Part shown: positions 61,367 through 64,000 of the stretch, one piece after another | Layout: every line of letters begins with the position of its first letter | How positions within the stretch are numbered: position 1 is the first letter of the stretch | Assembly: GCA_964573135.1 (NCBI GenBank) | Contig: CAZNIO010000002.1 | Span: 2,535 to 66,534 of the forward strand | Origin: an uncultured Gammaproteobacteria bacterium | Lineage (GTDB): Bacteria; Patescibacteriota; Patescibacteriia; UBA2196; GWA2-42-15 | DNA: 64,000 nt | Direction of reading: 5' to 3' | The notes under the pieces: model-generated | Databases searched by the model: none | Told to the model about the DNA's origin: nothing | What the model saw: the letters and a program-made list of their open reading frames with translations, nothing else | Position numbers and translations under genes: made by a program

Positions 61367-61507
61367 ATGCCGAAAAGAACATACCAACCCAAAAACAGGA
61401 AAAGAGCTAAAACCCATGGTTTTAGGTCGCGCATGAAAACCAAATCAGGTCAAAAAACAATAACCAGTCGCAGAAGAAAAAAAAGAGCCAATCTGTCAGT
61501 TGTTTAA
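61367..61507 (+). CDS. rpmH: 50S ribosomal protein L34
   Basis: Manual translation gives [46 protein letters not shown]. At 46 aa it is below the ORF-track cutoff. Confidence 0.85.
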   Translation: MPKRTYQPKNRKRAKTHGFRSRMKTKSGQKTITSRRRKKRANLSVV

Positions 61508-61536
61508 TTTTTTTATTTTTTTGAGCTTTTAAGCCA

Positions 61537-61884
61537 ATGTTAGCAAAAGAATATCGATTATCTAAAGACAAAGATTTTCAGAATGTCTATAAAAAAGGCC
61601 ATATTTTATATAGCCTTTTTTTTAATCTTAAGTTTTTACCCAATAACCCTAAAAGCTCACGTTTCGGTATAGTAATTTCCACCAAGATTAGCAAAAAAGC
61701 CGTTGTGCGCAATAAAAGCAAGAGACAGATTAGAGAAGCTATACATAAAAATATAGATAATATTAATAAGGGTTTTGATGTGGTAATTTTAACTAAACCA
61801 GCCATTACCACGGCTAATCAAGAAAAAATAGAGCAAACCCTCATTTTTTTATTAGAAAAAGCTAAAATTTATCAAGGTAATTAA
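61537..61884 (+). CDS. rnpA: Ribonuclease P protein component
   Basis: Basic 115-aa protein (KKAVVRNKSKRQIREAI) immediately after rpmH. Confidence 0.8.
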   Translation: MLAKEYRLSKDKDFQNVYKKGHILYSLFFNLKFLPNNPKSSRFGIVISTKISKKAVVRNKSKRQIREAIHKNIDNINKGFDVVILTKPAITTANQEKIEQTLIFLLEKAKIYQGN

Positions 61885-61981
61885 TCTTATATTAGCCAAA
61901 AATAGCCCCAAAAAGCTATTTTTTTGTATTTAATTCTAAATTGATTTATTAAAACTCTTCTGTTACAATTAAACCAATCTT

Positions 61982-62239
61982 ATGTGGAGCATTTTAAAAA
62001 TCACCCCAAAAATTACCATTCTTTTTTTTATCAAATTTTATCAAAAAACCTTATCTTTGGACCACGGGCCATTTAAGTTTTTAAAACCCTTTGGTCAGTG
62101 TAAATACCGCCCTACCTGCTCAGATTATGCTTATCAGGCAGTTAGTCGCTACGGAGCCATTAAAGGCGGAATACTGGCCACTAAAAGGCTATTTAAATGC
62201 AACCCTCTGTCTAAAGGAGGCTTTGATCCATTAAAATAA
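61982..62239 (+). CDS. yidD: Membrane protein insertion efficiency factor YidD
   Basis: CKYRPTCSDYAYQAVSRYGAIKGGILATKRLFKCNP motif. Confidence 0.85.
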   Translation: MWSILKITPKITILFFIKFYQKTLSLDHGPFKFLKPFGQCKYRPTCSDYAYQAVSRYGAIKGGILATKRLFKCNPLSKGGFDPLK

Positions 62240-62243
62240 TATT

Positions 62244-63035
62244 ATGATTGAAATATATAATACTCTCTTGTTTCACCCACTTTTTAATCTCCTTGTTTTT
62301 TTATACAACACAGCCTCTTTTCACGATATTGGAATTGCCATTATTTTAGTTACCTTGATTATAAAAATAATTCTCTATCCCTTATCAGTTAAATCCATTA
62401 AAGGCCAAAAAGCCCTACAAGAACTTCAGCCCAAAATGGAGGAGATTAAAAGAAAGTATAAAAATAATAAAGAACAGCTTGGTCGCGCCATGATGGAGCT
62501 CTATAAAAAAGAAAAGATATCTCCCATGTCTTCATGCCTACCTCTTTTAATCCAATTCCCATTCCTTATCGCCGTCTACCATGTTTTTCGCGCTGGCTTT
62601 AAACCGGAGAGCCTTGATATGCTTTATACTTTTGTGAATAATCCTGGTACTATCGACCCCATCGCTTTCGGATTCTTAAATCTTGCAGATAAAAACATTG
62701 TTTTAGCGATTCTGGCTGGCGCTGCTCAGTTCTGGTCAAGTAAAATGCTTATCTCTAAAAAGCAACCCAAAGTACCTGGTGCCAAAGATGAAGGCATGTC
62801 TGCCATGATGAATAAACAAATGCTCTATTTTATGCCGGCTATCACTATTTTCATCGGCGCCGGCTTACCTGGCGGTTTAACCTTCTATTGGTTTTTAACT
62901 ACCCTGCTAACGGCCTTCCAGCAATTATATATCTTTAAAAAACATGGAGGGGATGATAAAACTACGCAAGCCCCAGCTGACACCAAGCCTGTACACGTTG
63001 AAGAAACCAAAAAAATTGAGCAAGAGAATAAATAG
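62244..63035 (+). CDS. yidC: Membrane protein insertase YidC (short form)
   Basis: Five-TM core with conserved blocks (PLSVKSIKGQKALQELQPKM, MSSCLPLLIQFP, QMLYFMP) and a basic C-terminus. Confidence 0.85.
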   Translation: MIEIYNTLLFHPLFNLLVFLYNTASFHDIGIAIILVTLIIKIILYPLSVKSIKGQKALQELQPKMEEIKRKYKNNKEQLGRAMMELYKKEKISPMSSCLPLLIQFPFLIAVYHVFRAGFKPESLDMLYTFVNNPGTIDPIAFGFLNLADKNIVLAILAGAAQFWSSKMLISKKQPKVPGAKDEGMSAMMNKQMLYFMPAITIFIGAGLPGGLTFYWFLTTLLTAFQQLYIFKKHGGDDKTTQAPADTKPVHVEETKKIEQENK

Positions 63036-63038
63036 TTT

Positions 63039-63344
63039 ATGTTAATTAAATACAAACAACTAAAAGGCCTGCCCATCGTTACTGAATCTGGTAAAGAAAT
63101 AGGTCGCCTTGAAGACCTTATTATTGAAACTGACTCGCAAAGCGTGCTTAACTATGTTGTCAAACCCACCCACCTATTTGAAGGCTTAATTAGAGATAGT
63201 CTTATCATAAATCGTGGCCAAGTCATTGATATTTCTGACAAGAAAATTATAGTTCAAGATAATTTCCCCAAAGTAGCAGTTTTTCAAAAGCTTAATAAGA
63301 TTATTGATAAGAAAAAACTATTATCGCTAACCAAAAACAACTAA
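63039..63344 (+). CDS. PRC-barrel domain protein (YlmC/YmxH-like)
   Basis: LKGLPIVTESGKEIGRLEDLIIETDSQSVLNYVV fits the PRC-barrel pattern. Sits where jag is usually found. Confidence 0.45.
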   Translation: MLIKYKQLKGLPIVTESGKEIGRLEDLIIETDSQSVLNYVVKPTHLFEGLIRDSLIINRGQVIDISDKKIIVQDNFPKVAVFQKLNKIIDKKKLLSLTKNN

Positions 63345-63369
63345 GACAACTATTTTATTAAAATCAAAA

Positions 63370-63398
63370 AACGCCCCAGTATACTGGGGCGTTTTTAA
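63370..63398. terminator. Bidirectional terminator hairpin
   Basis: AAAAAACGCCCCAGTATACTGGGGCGTTTTT. Confidence 0.55.
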
Positions 63399-63407
63399 CT
63401 TATATAA

Positions 63408-64000
63408 TTAATCAAACAATCTTTCTTTGCCTACAATTACTTTTAATTTTTTATGTGCTACCTCAACTTCAACAGGTGTTTTAATATTTCTTTGTTTATC
63501 AATTGATAAAAGTATTGGTTTTTTATTATGTTTAATTGATACTTTTTTAATAGGAAAAACACTTACACTTTCTTCCTCTTTATCCTTGCCGCCAAAAAAA
63601 GACGACCAGCCTGATGTTTTCCCCGGCATAAATACAGCTTCCATGACTCCATCTTTGGGACTTGATTTAAAATTATCTCCATGCGCTATATTATATATCC
63701 CCACTCCCATATTGTTCTTTCTGGGACTCACATTATATCCATCAAAACCAAATACAATTTCATTACTTGGAGACTCAAGTGATAACAGAAAGCATTGACC
63801 GTTCAGTTTGCCCACATCAATTTGTTCTATTTTTCTTTTGGATAAAATCTCTGCTGCTGTCTCCCATGAATTAATCCCAAAAGCAGAAGCAAAAATATTT
63901 TGTTCACCCAGGGGTATAATACCAATTACTAGGTCCTTACCTACCGTTAGGTTGGCCAGCTTACTGACTGTCTGGTCATTGCCTACTGCTATAATATTCT
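63408..64000 (-). CDS. Diacylglycerol-kinase-family lipid kinase (YegS/BmrU-like), 3' part. The gene continues past the window end.
   Basis: The minus-strand frame stays open to 64000: ...NIIAVGNDQTVSKLANLTVGKDLVIGIIPLGEQNIFASAFGI... (DAGK catalytic-domain motifs), joined to the track ORF 63408..63815. Confidence 0.65.
   Translation of the reverse strand, partial: NIIAVGNDQTVSKLANLTVGKDLVIGIIPLGEQNIFASAFGINSWETAAEILSKRKIEQIDVGKLNGQCFLLSLESPSNEIVFGFDGYNVSPRKNNMGVGIYNIAHGDNFKSSPKDGVMEAVFMPGKTSGWSSFFGGKDKEEESVSVFPIKKVSIKHNKKPILLSIDKQRNIKTPVEVEVAHKKLKVIVGKERLFD

Overview
This is a 64 kb window from an AT-rich bacterial genome in standard code 11 (UGA, UAA and UAG all act as stops; for example recA and the MBL-fold hydrolase gene end in TGA). 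The gene content suggests a small-genome CPR/Patescibacteria-like organism, which is inference only. The backbone holds a replication-origin neighbourhood: a divergent dnaA-dnaN operon facing rpmH-rnpA-yidD-yidC, with DnaA-box-like 9-mers in both flanking intergenic regions. Other housekeeping genes are rpoB-rpoC, gyrA, recA, ftsK, pnp, rny, hup, pilT, ribosomal protein genes (rpsA, rpsF-ssb-rpsR-efp, rpsO) and an ftsH 5' fragment at the window edge. Nine tRNA genes were found by hand: Ile-GAT, Phe-GAA, Pro-TGG, Arg-TCT, His-GTG, Lys-CTT and Arg-TCG. The unusual features are these. (1) gyrA carries two inteins 12 codons apart; the second is a LAGLIDADG intein at the Mxe-GyrA site, immediately after the catalytic tyrosine. 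(2) The tRNA-Phe(GAA) gene is split by a 241-nt group I intron in the anticodon loop. (3) An accessory stretch at 21.5-24.6 kb has a ~230-nt GC-rich structured repeat, present twice at ~99% identity, plus degenerate relics of it in every following intergenic gap. The repeat ends in a 69-nt imperfect palindrome bounded by the canonical integron attC core sites GCCTAAC...GTTAGGC, so the region looks like an integron-like cassette array without an integrase (CALIN-like). This is a hypothesis to test. (4) A second accessory region (33.5-49.9 kb, bracketed by tRNA clusters) contains a poly-A-frameshifted HNH endonuclease between two tRNAs and direct repeats at the 3' end of tRNA-His bounding a 1.4 kb islet. 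It also has two adjacent ATP-grasp ligase genes (one interrupted by a TAA nonsense codon) and a pentapeptide-repeat protein. A MerR-type HTH is fused to a GHKL (anti-sigma-like) ATPase and paired with a STAS-like DUF4325 protein, behind an iteron-bearing promoter. A secreted thermonuclease, a PIF1-like helicase and two large secreted FN3/Ca-binding proteins complete the region. (5) Relics of gene decay or mobility lie next to tRNAs: a frameshifted MobC-like fragment beside tRNA-Ile, a 3'-truncated PuuE-like deacetylase abutting the tRNA-Phe/Pro pair, and a cupin gene with an in-frame TGA. All calls rest on manual translation and motif recognition; no database searches were run.
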